Shown here piece by piece: positions 48,015-57,470 of a DNA stretch of 64,000 nucleotides. The notes beneath the pieces are model-generated. The model had not been told where the DNA came from. It made no database searches and saw nothing but the letters and a program-made list of their open reading frames with translations. Numbering within the stretch: position 1 is the stretch's first letter; each line of letters starts with the position of its first letter. Origin of the DNA: Candidatus Omnitrophota bacterium (GTDB lineage Bacteria; Omnitrophota; Gorgyraeia; B26-G9); the NCBI GenBank assembly GCA_043826565.1, contig JBDRPX010000028.1, forward strand, positions 16,607 to 80,606, written 5' to 3'. Position numbers and translations under genes: made by a program.

Positions 48015-48692
48015 ATGGTAAATAAAGATCCTTCTCCGGAAAAACGTTTATTAAAAATAATTGAAGGCAAACAGGATGAGTCGGCGATAGCTTCTACTTT
48101 GCGGCAGAGCAAAAAATTTATCGCGCCCAGCAGTTTAAGAGGAAGGATGTCTTTTCTAAAGGAGAAGTTTAAACGGGGGAAAAAGTCTCCCCGCCGTGCC
48201 GAGGCTTTTGATGTAAAGAAATTTAATGTATTTTTGCAATGCTGTGTTGTGCTTCTGGTTATTGCGCTGGGAGTAAATGTAACTATGGAAATTATTAGTA
48301 TAAATAAGGATCAATTAATTCCCGTGCCTAAGTTCGGCGCGAACGCGAACGCGGAACCGGCACAGATAGTTTCTTTGCTGCAGCCGCAGGATTACTATCT
48401 GCAAAAGGTAACTGACCGGGATCTTTTTAAATTTGGAGATATTCCGAAGAAAAAGGTGGATTTTAAAGAGGATACTCAGCCAAAAATCTCTAAATTGCAG
48501 AGCATGGTGCAAGGATTAAAACTGGTGGGGATTTCCTGGGGCGAGGTGCCGGATGCTATTATTGAGAACGGGAATCTTAATAAAACATATTTTGTCAAAA
48601 AAGGATCTGGAGTTGAAGATATGCAGGTAAAAGATATTTTAAAAGATATGGTAATTTTGAGTTTTGAAGGGGAAGTTTTTGAATTGAAATGA
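48015..48692 (+). CDS. Bitopic membrane protein, GspC/PilP-like
   Basis: One TM; C-terminal 'LKLVGISW...AIIE....TYFVK.G..V..I....VIL' domain; directly precedes a secretin. Confidence 0.65.
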   Translation: MVNKDPSPEKRLLKIIEGKQDESAIASTLRQSKKFIAPSSLRGRMSFLKEKFKRGKKSPRRAEAFDVKKFNVFLQCCVVLLVIALGVNVTMEIISINKDQLIPVPKFGANANAEPAQIVSLLQPQDYYLQKVTDRDLFKFGDIPKKKVDFKEDTQPKISKLQSMVQGLKLVGISWGEVPDAIIENGNLNKTYFVKKGSGVEDMQVKDILKDMVILSFEGEVFELK

Positions 48693-50476
48693 GAAAAAAA
48701 ATAGGGGGACTTATAACGCTGTTACTATTGGGGGCTTGCGCAAGAGTAGCGCAGGCTGAGGAGCTTGCTTCGGCAATATTACCTGTGCCGAGTCAGGTGC
48801 AGGTAACTTCTTTAGCGGAAGGTATCTATGGAAAGATTTCTTTAGACCTGCGGCAAATAGATATTAACGATGCCCTAAAATATTTTTCCTTAAAAAGCGG
48901 ATTAAATATTATTACTTCCAAAATGGTCAGCGGCCGGGTAACCTTGGTTGTTGAGGATGTTCCGGTAAAAGATGTTTTTGATATTATGCTGCGTTCAAAC
49001 GGATTGGCCTATGATAAGACCGGGGATATCTATAATGTAATGACCCAGGAGGAATACAAGACACTTTACGGAAAAAGGTTTTCTGATGTTCGTGTCGTGG
49101 AAGTGTTCCGGTTACAATACGCTCTTCCGGAACAGGCCTTTGCCATGCTTGATACTATTAAAAGTGAAATCGGACGGATATTAGTCGATACTGAATCAGG
49201 TACGGTTTTATGTCTGGATTCGCCGGGAAAAATTGAACAGATGAAAGCGGCTCTCGTGGGATTTGAAAGAGAAACATTGGTCAAAGTTTTTGATCTAAAC
49301 TATGCCAAAGCCGCGGTTGTCGAGGAGCAGTTAAAAAGCCGGCTTGATGAAAAAAAAGTTGGTTCGATCAAAGCGGATGTTCGTTCAAACCGGGTGGTTG
49401 TTCAGGCTTTGCCGGACCGGATGACGGAAATTGAAAAATTAATTAAAGCTTTGGATACTAAAACAAGAGAGGTTTTAATTGACGCTAAGGTTTTAAAGGT
49501 TAAAGTCGGCGATGAACTTAATGTTGGGGTAAGATGGGAAGGGCTTGCTGAGGTGGTCGGAGGTGATGATGGGCTGACTTATTTGGGGTCGTCTCCCTTT
49601 AGCGCTGTTCAGGCAACAACCGATGCCTGGCGTTCGCGAAAACAAGTTTATCAGGATGTCGGCTATGCCGGGTCCTATGCTAGTAGCGGAACAACTTCCA
49701 ATTATTCATCGGCAGCTTCGGCACTGGGTATAAATAATTTGCATTATGGGGTTATCGGATCAAGCGATATCGATGCTGTCCTAACTTATTTAAAAACAGA
49801 AAATAATGCTAAGATACTTTCTAATCCTAAAATTGCGGTAACGAATAATCAGGAAGCGCGTATCCATGTGGGAGAACGTCAGGCTTATGTTACGACTACG
49901 ACGACCAGCGGACAGTCAACCAGTACTATTTCCGAAGATGTAAATTTTATTGATATCGGAATTCAGATGCATGTTATCCCGACGATCAGTGAGAACGGGT
50001 TTGTCAATTTACAGATCAAAACGGAAATCAGCAGTGTGGTGGACGTATTAATTACTCCCACGGAAAACCGGATCCCGATCGTGGATACCTCACTTGCCGA
50101 AACAACTGTTTTGATCAAGGAAGGCAAGACTGTTATTATCGGAGGTTTACGCCGCGAAGAAGTATCCCAGACAGTTAGGCGGGTTCCGATCTTGAGTAAA
50201 ATCCCGATATTGGGTTTCTTGTTTAAGGAAAAATCAGAAAATAAATATACTACGGAATTGCTGATCATGATTACGCCGATTGTAATCACCGGAGATGTAT
50301 TAGTCTTGGAAGAAGGCAAGAAGATCGGGGTTCCGGAGATAAAAGAAGCTCAGGAATATAAAGAGCTTGAAAGAAGGAAAAAAGAAATTGAAACTTATCA
50401 GCCGGTACCAAGTGATTTAGGGGGCATGAATTTTAAAAAGTTCAAAGTATATGAGGGGATACGGGATAAGGACTAA
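48689..50476 (+). CDS. Secretin 1 (GspD/PilQ family)
   Basis: ISLDLRQIDI N0 domain, two N-domains, ILSNPKI..NNQEARIHVG, IIGGL, VPILSKIPILGFLF, ELLIMITP. Confidence 0.92.
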   Translation: MRKKIGGLITLLLLGACARVAQAEELASAILPVPSQVQVTSLAEGIYGKISLDLRQIDINDALKYFSLKSGLNIITSKMVSGRVTLVVEDVPVKDVFDIMLRSNGLAYDKTGDIYNVMTQEEYKTLYGKRFSDVRVVEVFRLQYALPEQAFAMLDTIKSEIGRILVDTESGTVLCLDSPGKIEQMKAALVGFERETLVKVFDLNYAKAAVVEEQLKSRLDEKKVGSIKADVRSNRVVVQALPDRMTEIEKLIKALDTKTREVLIDAKVLKVKVGDELNVGVRWEGLAEVVGGDDGLTYLGSSPFSAVQATTDAWRSRKQVYQDVGYAGSYASSGTTSNYSSAASALGINNLHYGVIGSSDIDAVLTYLKTENNAKILSNPKIAVTNNQEARIHVGERQAYVTTTTTSGQSTSTISEDVNFIDIGIQMHVIPTISENGFVNLQIKTEISSVVDVLITPTENRIPIVDTSLAETTVLIKEGKTVIIGGLRREEVSQTVRRVPILSKIPILGFLFKEKSENKYTTELLIMITPIVITGDVLVLEEGKKIGVPEIKEAQEYKELERRKKEIETYQPVPSDLGGMNFKKFKVYEGIRDKD

Positions 50477-50480
50477 AATT

Positions 50481-52874
50481 ATGAGAAAAAATAAAAGTAT
50501 TTATCGAGCAAGTTTACCTGCCGGGGGAATGCTGATCATTACCGCATTACTTATGGTTTTTGCGGTTAATGGATATGGTCAATCCGCGCCGGAAAAACCG
50601 CAGGCACAGGTATCTTCTATTGTCGCGACAATAGAACAGAATATGTCGGCTTTGGCCAAAGAATTAGATGATAACAAAAAAGCTTATGAACAGCTCAAGG
50701 AAGAGTATGATAAAAAACAGCAGGATTTAAGTTTTAGCCAGGATGAGGTAAAGGAATTAGAGAAGAATTTTGAAGAGCTAAAACAGGATTTTAAACAGAA
50801 ATCGCAGGCATTATTAGAAAAAAAGGCTGATGAGGTCGGAGCATACAAGGCGCAGATAGACAAATTGCAAAATGAAATAGACGAGAGAGGAAAAACAATT
50901 GTCCGGAAAAAGGAAGAGATCATATCTTTAGAAACCCAGCTGAAAGAAGAAAAGAGAATACTAGAGGACAAAGAAAAATCGTTAAAAGCAAAAGATTTAG
51001 AGATCAATGATCTGCAAAAACAATTAAGCGACTTTGACCGGCTGCTTAAAGAAGCACATAATTCCATTAATGACCTCAGGCAGGAGGATACCAAAAAAGA
51101 TAATCTGGTTGAATCTTTTCGCGCGGAAATGCATAAAAAACAAAAAGAATTTGATGATAATATGCAAAATGAACGAGGCCAGTTCCAAAAGAGGCTTTTT
51201 GATGAGGAGCAGAAAGAAGAGAAATTAAGAAGACAAAATGCCGACCAATTAAAGGAGTATACTAAACAGCTTCAGGATAAAGATGATTTAATGTCCGCGC
51301 AGAAAGAGATGCTGGTTAAAAAAGACAAGCTTATTAATGATCTTAATATTAGTTTGGATAAGCAAAAACTGGATAATGAAAATATTCGTAAACAGAATAA
51401 TATTCTGGCCGAAGAAAAGAAACAGCTGCTGCTTAATATTTCTGTTTTTGAAGAGGAGATCGGTAAGCAGGGGTCTTTATTGAAGAATGGCAAACAGAAT
51501 TTGACTGTCGCGCAAAAGGAACAAGAGTATCTTCAGAAGGAGCAGCAGGATCTTAAAAAGAGATATGAAGAATTACACAATGAAAAAGAGGTTTATTTGA
51601 GCAAAAGTCAGTATCTTGAAAAACAGGTAGAAGAAAGAGATAAAAAATTGCAGGCATTGCGGGATGATATCCAGAAACAGGTAACTTTGCTGCATCAGCA
51701 GCTTGGCGGGGTGGTTCAGCAGACTCAGGACCCGCAGAATAAACAAGCATTGAAAGATAAACGGGATGAGCTTGAACAGATAAATCTTTCCTCTAAGCAG
51801 CAGGAGCGGGAATTACGCAAACAAATAGATGATCTTAAATCAGAAAAGCAGGATCTTTTTAATCAGAGTAATAATCTGATCCAGGAAAAACTTCAGATTC
51901 TGGCCAGGATGGTCCAGCTGGAAGCGCAGCAAAAGGCTTCCGGAGCTTCGGATGGAGCTGTCGGTATGTCTGAGGAAGAAATTGCCTATGTAAAACATGA
52001 ATTAGAGAATCTTAATAAATCATTAGATAAAAAAGCAAGTGAACTGGGTAAAGTCCAGGAAGAAAATTATAAGCTGTTTAAAGAAAAAGAGGAGCTGCGA
52101 AAACTTGTTAATGATTGCAATGATCAGATAACTTCTCAAAAGAAGCAGCTTAATGACCTGCAGGAAATGATGCGGAATAATGAGAATGAAAGCCAGTTGA
52201 AAGTTCGCGATATGAGAAAAGACCTTGATGGTCAAAGGGCTGAGTTCCAGAGAGTTTCTAAAGAATTGGAGAAAAAGAATGCTTTATATGATAAGGATAT
52301 AAAGAAATACTTAGCCCGCTGTGAAGATTTCCGGGGTAAATTAGCGGCTTCCCAGGAGAAATATGATACGATGAAAGCTGATTACGATATTTATGTAAAA
52401 CGTATCAAAGAAGTATACTCAGAGCAGCGCAAATTAGAAGGAAGGGTCCAAGAGCAGATTAAACTTCTTAATACATACTCAAAAACTATTGACGAGCTGA
52501 GCGCGGACAACAAGTCTATGGAAACGGAAAATGAGCGGCTGGGGTTGTTGTTAAAGACAATTCCGCAGAAATTAAATACTTTGGAAAGTGATGTCGCCCA
52601 ATTACGCAAACAAAATTCTACTTTACATTATAACTTAGGGGTTTTTCATACGCAGCGCCAGGAATATCCGCAGGCAATCGCGGAATTTAAACAGTCTTTA
52701 AAATATAATCCCAATGACGCGAGTACCCATTATAATATGGGCGTTATTTATTCGCAGTATTTAGTTGATGAATCCAGTGCGGTTATGCATTTTAGGCATT
52801 ATCTGTCGCTTGATCCTAATGATAAAGATTCTCAGCGGGCAAAAGAATATATTTTGCTCTGGGGAAGTAAATAA
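50481..52874 (+). CDS. Exported long coiled-coil protein with C-terminal TPR domain
   Basis: Signal peptide; long K/E/Q/L heptad region; HYNLGV..AIAEF..NPND..HYNMG. Confidence 0.8.
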   Translation: MRKNKSIYRASLPAGGMLIITALLMVFAVNGYGQSAPEKPQAQVSSIVATIEQNMSALAKELDDNKKAYEQLKEEYDKKQQDLSFSQDEVKELEKNFEELKQDFKQKSQALLEKKADEVGAYKAQIDKLQNEIDERGKTIVRKKEEIISLETQLKEEKRILEDKEKSLKAKDLEINDLQKQLSDFDRLLKEAHNSINDLRQEDTKKDNLVESFRAEMHKKQKEFDDNMQNERGQFQKRLFDEEQKEEKLRRQNADQLKEYTKQLQDKDDLMSAQKEMLVKKDKLINDLNISLDKQKLDNENIRKQNNILAEEKKQLLLNISVFEEEIGKQGSLLKNGKQNLTVAQKEQEYLQKEQQDLKKRYEELHNEKEVYLSKSQYLEKQVEERDKKLQALRDDIQKQVTLLHQQLGGVVQQTQDPQNKQALKDKRDELEQINLSSKQQERELRKQIDDLKSEKQDLFNQSNNLIQEKLQILARMVQLEAQQKASGASDGAVGMSEEEIAYVKHELENLNKSLDKKASELGKVQEENYKLFKEKEELRKLVNDCNDQITSQKKQLNDLQEMMRNNENESQLKVRDMRKDLDGQRAEFQRVSKELEKKNALYDKDIKKYLARCEDFRGKLAASQEKYDTMKADYDIYVKRIKEVYSEQRKLEGRVQEQIKLLNTYSKTIDELSADNKSMETENERLGLLLKTIPQKLNTLESDVAQLRKQNSTLHYNLGVFHTQRQEYPQAIAEFKQSLKYNPNDASTHYNMGVIYSQYLVDESSAVMHFRHYLSLDPNDKDSQRAKEYILLWGSK

Positions 52875-52887
52875 AAACAGAATACAG

Positions 52888-54711
52888 ATGACAGAATACA
52901 GAAAACAGAAATTAAATATCCTGATAATATATTTTGCTCTGGCTTTATGCGGCAGTGTGTGCCGGGCAGATGAGAATAAAGAATATGCCGCTTTGCCAGT
53001 ACCCGCGGCTAATGGAATGATCTCAAATTTGGCGATAACGAAAGAGCGGATATCTTTGGAGTTGCGGGATATAGATATTAAAGACGCGCTTAAATATTTA
53101 GCATCCAAGGCCGAGATTAACATTGTTCCGACAAATCAGGTTTCCGGACGCATAACCTTAATGATTAAAGATGCGCCGATTGATGATGTTTTTGAAATGG
53201 TTATCCGTTCCAACGGGCTGGCGTATGATAAGATTGGAAGTATTTACAATGTTATGACGGAAACAGAATACAAGGAACGCTATGGACAGGCGTTTGATGA
53301 CCGCAGGCATCTTGAGGTCTTTCATCTTAAATATGTAATACCGGAACAGGCGTATTCAATAATTGATTCTATCAAAAGCACAATCGGAAAAGTTTTAATA
53401 GAGAACGATTCCGGGACGATTTTAGTTTTGGATACCCCGGAGAAATTAGAAGAAATAAGAAAGACCATTAAATCCTTAGAGCGCAAAGGTACTGTACGGA
53501 TGTTTGATTTAAAGTATGCCAACGCAGAAGATGTCGCAAAACAGCTTAAGTCACAGCTGGATAAGAAAAAAGTAGGGTCTATCCGGGCGGATCAGCGTAC
53601 GAATCAGGTGATTGTGCAGACTTTACCGGAACGTATGGACAATATTGCCAAATTGATCGAAGGCTTAGATCAAAAGACAAAAGAAGTTTTGATCCAGGCC
53701 CGGATCATCCAGATAAAACTTACGGATAATCTTAGTGAAGGCGTGGAATGGGAAGGATTGTTTGAGCTCTCAAAAGGCAGTAACAGCACGACGTATCTGG
53801 GCAGTACCCCGGTCGCGGCTGTGGGCAGTCCGGTGGATACTTGGCGCTCAAGACAGCAGGTGCTTGCCGATACCGGATATGTCGGGTCATATCCGTTTAG
53901 CGGAACATCCACGGATTATGCCAGCGGGCAGAGCAGTGTCGGGACCGAACAAATGCATGTCGGAGTTGTCGGCGAGAGTGATTATGATGTATTGATAAAA
54001 TATTTAAAAACATTAGGGCATGTGCAGATATTATCTAATCCAAAACTGGCGGTAACGAATAATCAGCAGGCACGTGTGCATGTCGGCGAGCGGCAGGCAT
54101 ATATAACTACGGTTACTACGGCCGGACAGACGACAACCACAGTTTCTGAAGAAGTTACTTTTCTTGACGTGGGTTTGCAGTTGTTTATTACTCCGACGAT
54201 TAACGATCAGGGATATGTAACATTAAATATTAAACCGGAGATAAGCAGTGTGGTGGGTACATTGTTAACCGCGCAGAATAACAAGATTCCGATCATTGAT
54301 ACTTCCACAGCGGAAACTACGGTCATGGTCAAGGATGGAGCAACAGTTGTAGTCGGAGGATTGCGCAGAGAGGAAGAGACATCTAGTTCCCGGCGCATGC
54401 CGATACTGGGAAGTATCCCTTTTTTGGGGAATTTATTTAAGACTGAAGATCGAGGAAAATCACGTAATGAATTATTAATCATGGTTACCGCGCATATTAT
54501 CGAAGGGGATGAGTTGATCACCGGCGATGACCGTGATTTTGGAAGTAAATCACATGAAAAATATCAGGAATATAATTTAATGACTAACGAATCGGATTTA
54601 ACAGAGTATGAGAAAGAACAGAAAAAAACATTAGAGCAGAAGATGTACCAGGAATATCCGGAATATAAGGAAGATAAAGAATTTTACCCCGACTTAAAAC
54701 CATTAAAATAA
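52888..54711 (+). CDS. Secretin 2 (GspD/PilQ family), paralogue of secretin 1
   Basis: ISLELRDIDI, ILSNPKL..NNQQARVHVG, VVGGL, MPILGSIPFLGNLF; start placed at ATG 52888. Confidence 0.92.
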   Translation: MTEYRKQKLNILIIYFALALCGSVCRADENKEYAALPVPAANGMISNLAITKERISLELRDIDIKDALKYLASKAEINIVPTNQVSGRITLMIKDAPIDDVFEMVIRSNGLAYDKIGSIYNVMTETEYKERYGQAFDDRRHLEVFHLKYVIPEQAYSIIDSIKSTIGKVLIENDSGTILVLDTPEKLEEIRKTIKSLERKGTVRMFDLKYANAEDVAKQLKSQLDKKKVGSIRADQRTNQVIVQTLPERMDNIAKLIEGLDQKTKEVLIQARIIQIKLTDNLSEGVEWEGLFELSKGSNSTTYLGSTPVAAVGSPVDTWRSRQQVLADTGYVGSYPFSGTSTDYASGQSSVGTEQMHVGVVGESDYDVLIKYLKTLGHVQILSNPKLAVTNNQQARVHVGERQAYITTVTTAGQTTTTVSEEVTFLDVGLQLFITPTINDQGYVTLNIKPEISSVVGTLLTAQNNKIPIIDTSTAETTVMVKDGATVVVGGLRREEETSSSRRMPILGSIPFLGNLFKTEDRGKSRNELLIMVTAHIIEGDELITGDDRDFGSKSHEKYQEYNLMTNESDLTEYEKEQKKTLEQKMYQEYPEYKEDKEFYPDLKPLK

Positions 54712-54714
54712 AAG

Positions 54715-55695
54715 GTGGCTAAAGTGAGACTACTAATAATTACAATTGTTGTAAGTTGTATCATGGCGATGCCCGGAAATGTATTCAGTCAAGCAGCGGA
54801 TGATCATGTGAAGATAAAGGCGGAGTATGAAAAGCTGCGTAAGGAAAATGAAGACATCTCCAATGACCGGGATAATTTACGGGCTCAGATGAAAGTGCTT
54901 TTGCAATATAAAAGTGAGATCGTCAAGGCTCAGGAGATGGTAAATCAGACGAAGATGGAGCGCAATCAGTGGGAAACCCAGAAAAAACTGCTGCAGAATG
55001 AGAATCAAAATCTGCAAGATAGGATGAATCTGCTTAAAGCGCAGATAGATGACCATGAATCTGAACGGCTGCAGTTTGAGGCAGAAAGAGATAATATGAG
55101 AAAGTCTTTGTCTAAATCCAAAGCTGGATATATAATAGTAGACGATCTCAAAAGAAAAAACAGTGAAGAAAAAAGGAATAATAGCCTATTGCAAAAACAG
55201 ATTGCCGGCTTAGAGAAAAGAGTAAAAACGCTTACTGAAGAATCAGGAAAAATGGAGACAATTGAGGAGGTATTGCGCAGCCAGTTAAAGGAGCTTAAAG
55301 ATAAATACGCCCAGGCGCAGAAGAAAAACAAATCTTTTGAGAAAAAACTAGAACAGCAGCCGAAGCGGTACGCGGAAGTTGCCCGGGAGAATAAAGTTTT
55401 ATTAAAGCGCACGGCGTTGATGCATTATAACCTAGGGGTCTTTTACACAAAGGGGAAAGAGTATCCCCGGGCGATTGCGGAATTCGAAAAAGCTGTAGAA
55501 CTTAACCCTGAAGATACTTACGCTTATTTTAATTTAGGGTATATTTACGCGGAACACTATGTGGATAGGCCCAAAGCAATTGATAATTTCCGAAAATATC
55601 TGAGTTTGGCGAAAAAGGAGGATAAAGATGTGGACTGGGTAAAGAGGTATATTCTTACCTGGGAGACTTGGGAAGGTAAAGAGATAACTAAATAA
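54715..55695 (+). CDS. Exported coiled-coil protein with C-terminal TPR domain
   Basis: Signal peptide; HYNLGVFY..AIAEFEKAVELNP TPR homologous to that of 50481-52874. Confidence 0.8.
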   Translation: MAKVRLLIITIVVSCIMAMPGNVFSQAADDHVKIKAEYEKLRKENEDISNDRDNLRAQMKVLLQYKSEIVKAQEMVNQTKMERNQWETQKKLLQNENQNLQDRMNLLKAQIDDHESERLQFEAERDNMRKSLSKSKAGYIIVDDLKRKNSEEKRNNSLLQKQIAGLEKRVKTLTEESGKMETIEEVLRSQLKELKDKYAQAQKKNKSFEKKLEQQPKRYAEVARENKVLLKRTALMHYNLGVFYTKGKEYPRAIAEFEKAVELNPEDTYAYFNLGYIYAEHYVDRPKAIDNFRKYLSLAKKEDKDVDWVKRYILTWETWEGKEITK

Positions 55696-55734
55696 AAACT
55701 AATTAAGTCGGGGAAAAGAGGAAGGGAGGAAGCA

Positions 55735-56322
55735 GTGAAAAAAACAATTACTTACGGTCTGATAATAATGTGTGTTTTCGTGTTTTCCGCAGTAGACAGC
55801 GGATATGCTTTTTTGGGTAAAAAGAAAACCGAGGAAGCGGAAAGCAAAACGGTAAAAAAGGCAGAAAAAACAGAGGTTCAGGAAATTCAAAAAACTGAGT
55901 CCAAGGTTGAAGAAAAAGCAGTTGAGAAAAAAGATGAAAAAGTCCAGGATAAAGAACGCGCTTTGAAAAAGAAGAAAAAAGCTCAATTGGATAATACAAT
56001 GTGGGATATAACCCTTATCCGTATGTCCGGCGAGGGTAAAAAGAAGTCTGATGTTTTGGTTTTTGAAGAAAACCGTTTTTATTCGCAAGCGTATATGGAT
56101 CAGGGATTTAGCGCAACAAATTATACGTTGAATGTAAAAGAGGAAGAGGCTGTGGTTTGGGAAACAATGCAGACTTCTGCCGGAGAAAAAGTTATTTTCT
56201 GGAGAGGGGAAATTGATCCTAAGTTAAATGATATGCGCGGGGTATTAAGTGTTCAGGTCAGTCCGGGCAAATCAGAAGATTTCTCATTTATTAGTAATGG
56301 TAAGAAGCCTTTTAAAAAATAA
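55735..56322 (+). CDS. Secreted hypothetical protein with K/E-rich linker and beta-rich C-terminal domain
   Basis: GTG start with purine-rich RBS; signal peptide ending GYA. Confidence 0.7.
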   Translation: MKKTITYGLIIMCVFVFSAVDSGYAFLGKKKTEEAESKTVKKAEKTEVQEIQKTESKVEEKAVEKKDEKVQDKERALKKKKKAQLDNTMWDITLIRMSGEGKKKSDVLVFEENRFYSQAYMDQGFSATNYTLNVKEEEAVVWETMQTSAGEKVIFWRGEIDPKLNDMRGVLSVQVSPGKSEDFSFISNGKKPFKK

Positions 56323-56363
56323 CTATAGTTTAAACAGTTTGATCGCAGCAAAAAGAATGCCGA

Positions 56364-57467
56364 ATGCTGAAAATATCCGATATTTTAAAAAAAGCCAAAG
56401 TACGCAAAAATAAAGAGGGGGGGGGGCCTTCTCCCAAACCTGCTGTTCCTGAATCGTCCAAAGCACCGGAATCTAAAAAGGCAGAGATAGCCAGGAGGGT
56501 GAAAAAACATCCTCCGGAAGATACTTTGCCCAAGAAGTCTTCAGGAAAAGAAAAAGCGGTGCCGGTCTTACCGATAGACAGTGATGAAGCCATCGGAAAA
56601 TATGAAACGGCAATAGCATTACTAAAAGATATCATGGAACCTCTGGCGGAAAAAAGAGATGATTTAATAGATGCCGCGGATAATCTGATCGAAAATATTA
56701 TTGAATTGCTTAAAAAAGATGATTCAGCTTTGATGGGGCTTTTTTTTCGGGATTATGAGGTATTAAAGGAGTATGTTTATCAACATTCGATTAATGTATG
56801 TGTTCTGGCCTTAAGGATCGGTTTGAATTTAGAATGTGATTTTGGTCATCTTAAAAAACTGGGGATGGCTGCGCTGCTTCATGATTTGGGCCAGTTAAAG
56901 TTTGAATCACTTGTAAATAAACCGCGGAAGCTTGAACAGAGTGAATATGAAAAAATAAAAAGTCATCCTGCCGTAGGCAGGGATATCTTAAAAAAGTTTG
57001 CGAGAAAATTGGATCTCAAGATTTTAGATGTTATATATCAAGAGCATGAACGGATCAACGGCACCGGATATCCGCAGGGGTTAAGCAAAGATATGATTGC
57101 CGATGACGCTAAACTGATCGGGATGGTTGATGTTTATGAAGCTTTAGTTCATTCCCGCCCGCATCGGTCAAAATTCGGCGGGCATGAAGCTATCCAGATG
57201 ATCATAAAAGAAAAAAGTAGTTTTGAATATAATTTAATAAAGGTTTTAATCGATACCATTGGTTTGTTTCCTCTGGGAACACTGGTCGAGTTAAATACAA
57301 AGGAAATAGGTATCGTCGTCAATCAAAATCCCAAAATGCCATTGAAGCCGATTATTGATATAACTCATAATATCAATAAACAAAAGTTATCGAAACCTAA
57401 GCGCGTCGATTTATCAAAGAATTACGCTATTTATATAAAACAGTGCTTTGATGAGCTTCAGGATTAA
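56364..57467 (+). CDS. HD-GYP domain protein
   Basis: HSINV, LLHDLG, EHERINGTGYP, DVYEAL; low-complexity N-terminus. Confidence 0.85.
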   Translation: MLKISDILKKAKVRKNKEGGGPSPKPAVPESSKAPESKKAEIARRVKKHPPEDTLPKKSSGKEKAVPVLPIDSDEAIGKYETAIALLKDIMEPLAEKRDDLIDAADNLIENIIELLKKDDSALMGLFFRDYEVLKEYVYQHSINVCVLALRIGLNLECDFGHLKKLGMAALLHDLGQLKFESLVNKPRKLEQSEYEKIKSHPAVGRDILKKFARKLDLKILDVIYQEHERINGTGYPQGLSKDMIADDAKLIGMVDVYEALVHSRPHRSKFGGHEAIQMIIKEKSSFEYNLIKVLIDTIGLFPLGTLVELNTKEIGIVVNQNPKMPLKPIIDITHNINKQKLSKPKRVDLSKNYAIYIKQCFDELQD

Positions 57468-57470
57468 AAT

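Noticed and set aside
52765-52887. Extended N-terminus of secretin 2 as given in the ORF track
   Set aside because: Overlaps the upstream gene by ~110 nt; ATG 52888 gives a normal signal peptide. Similar upstream extensions of mtnP and priA merely translate heptamer tracts.
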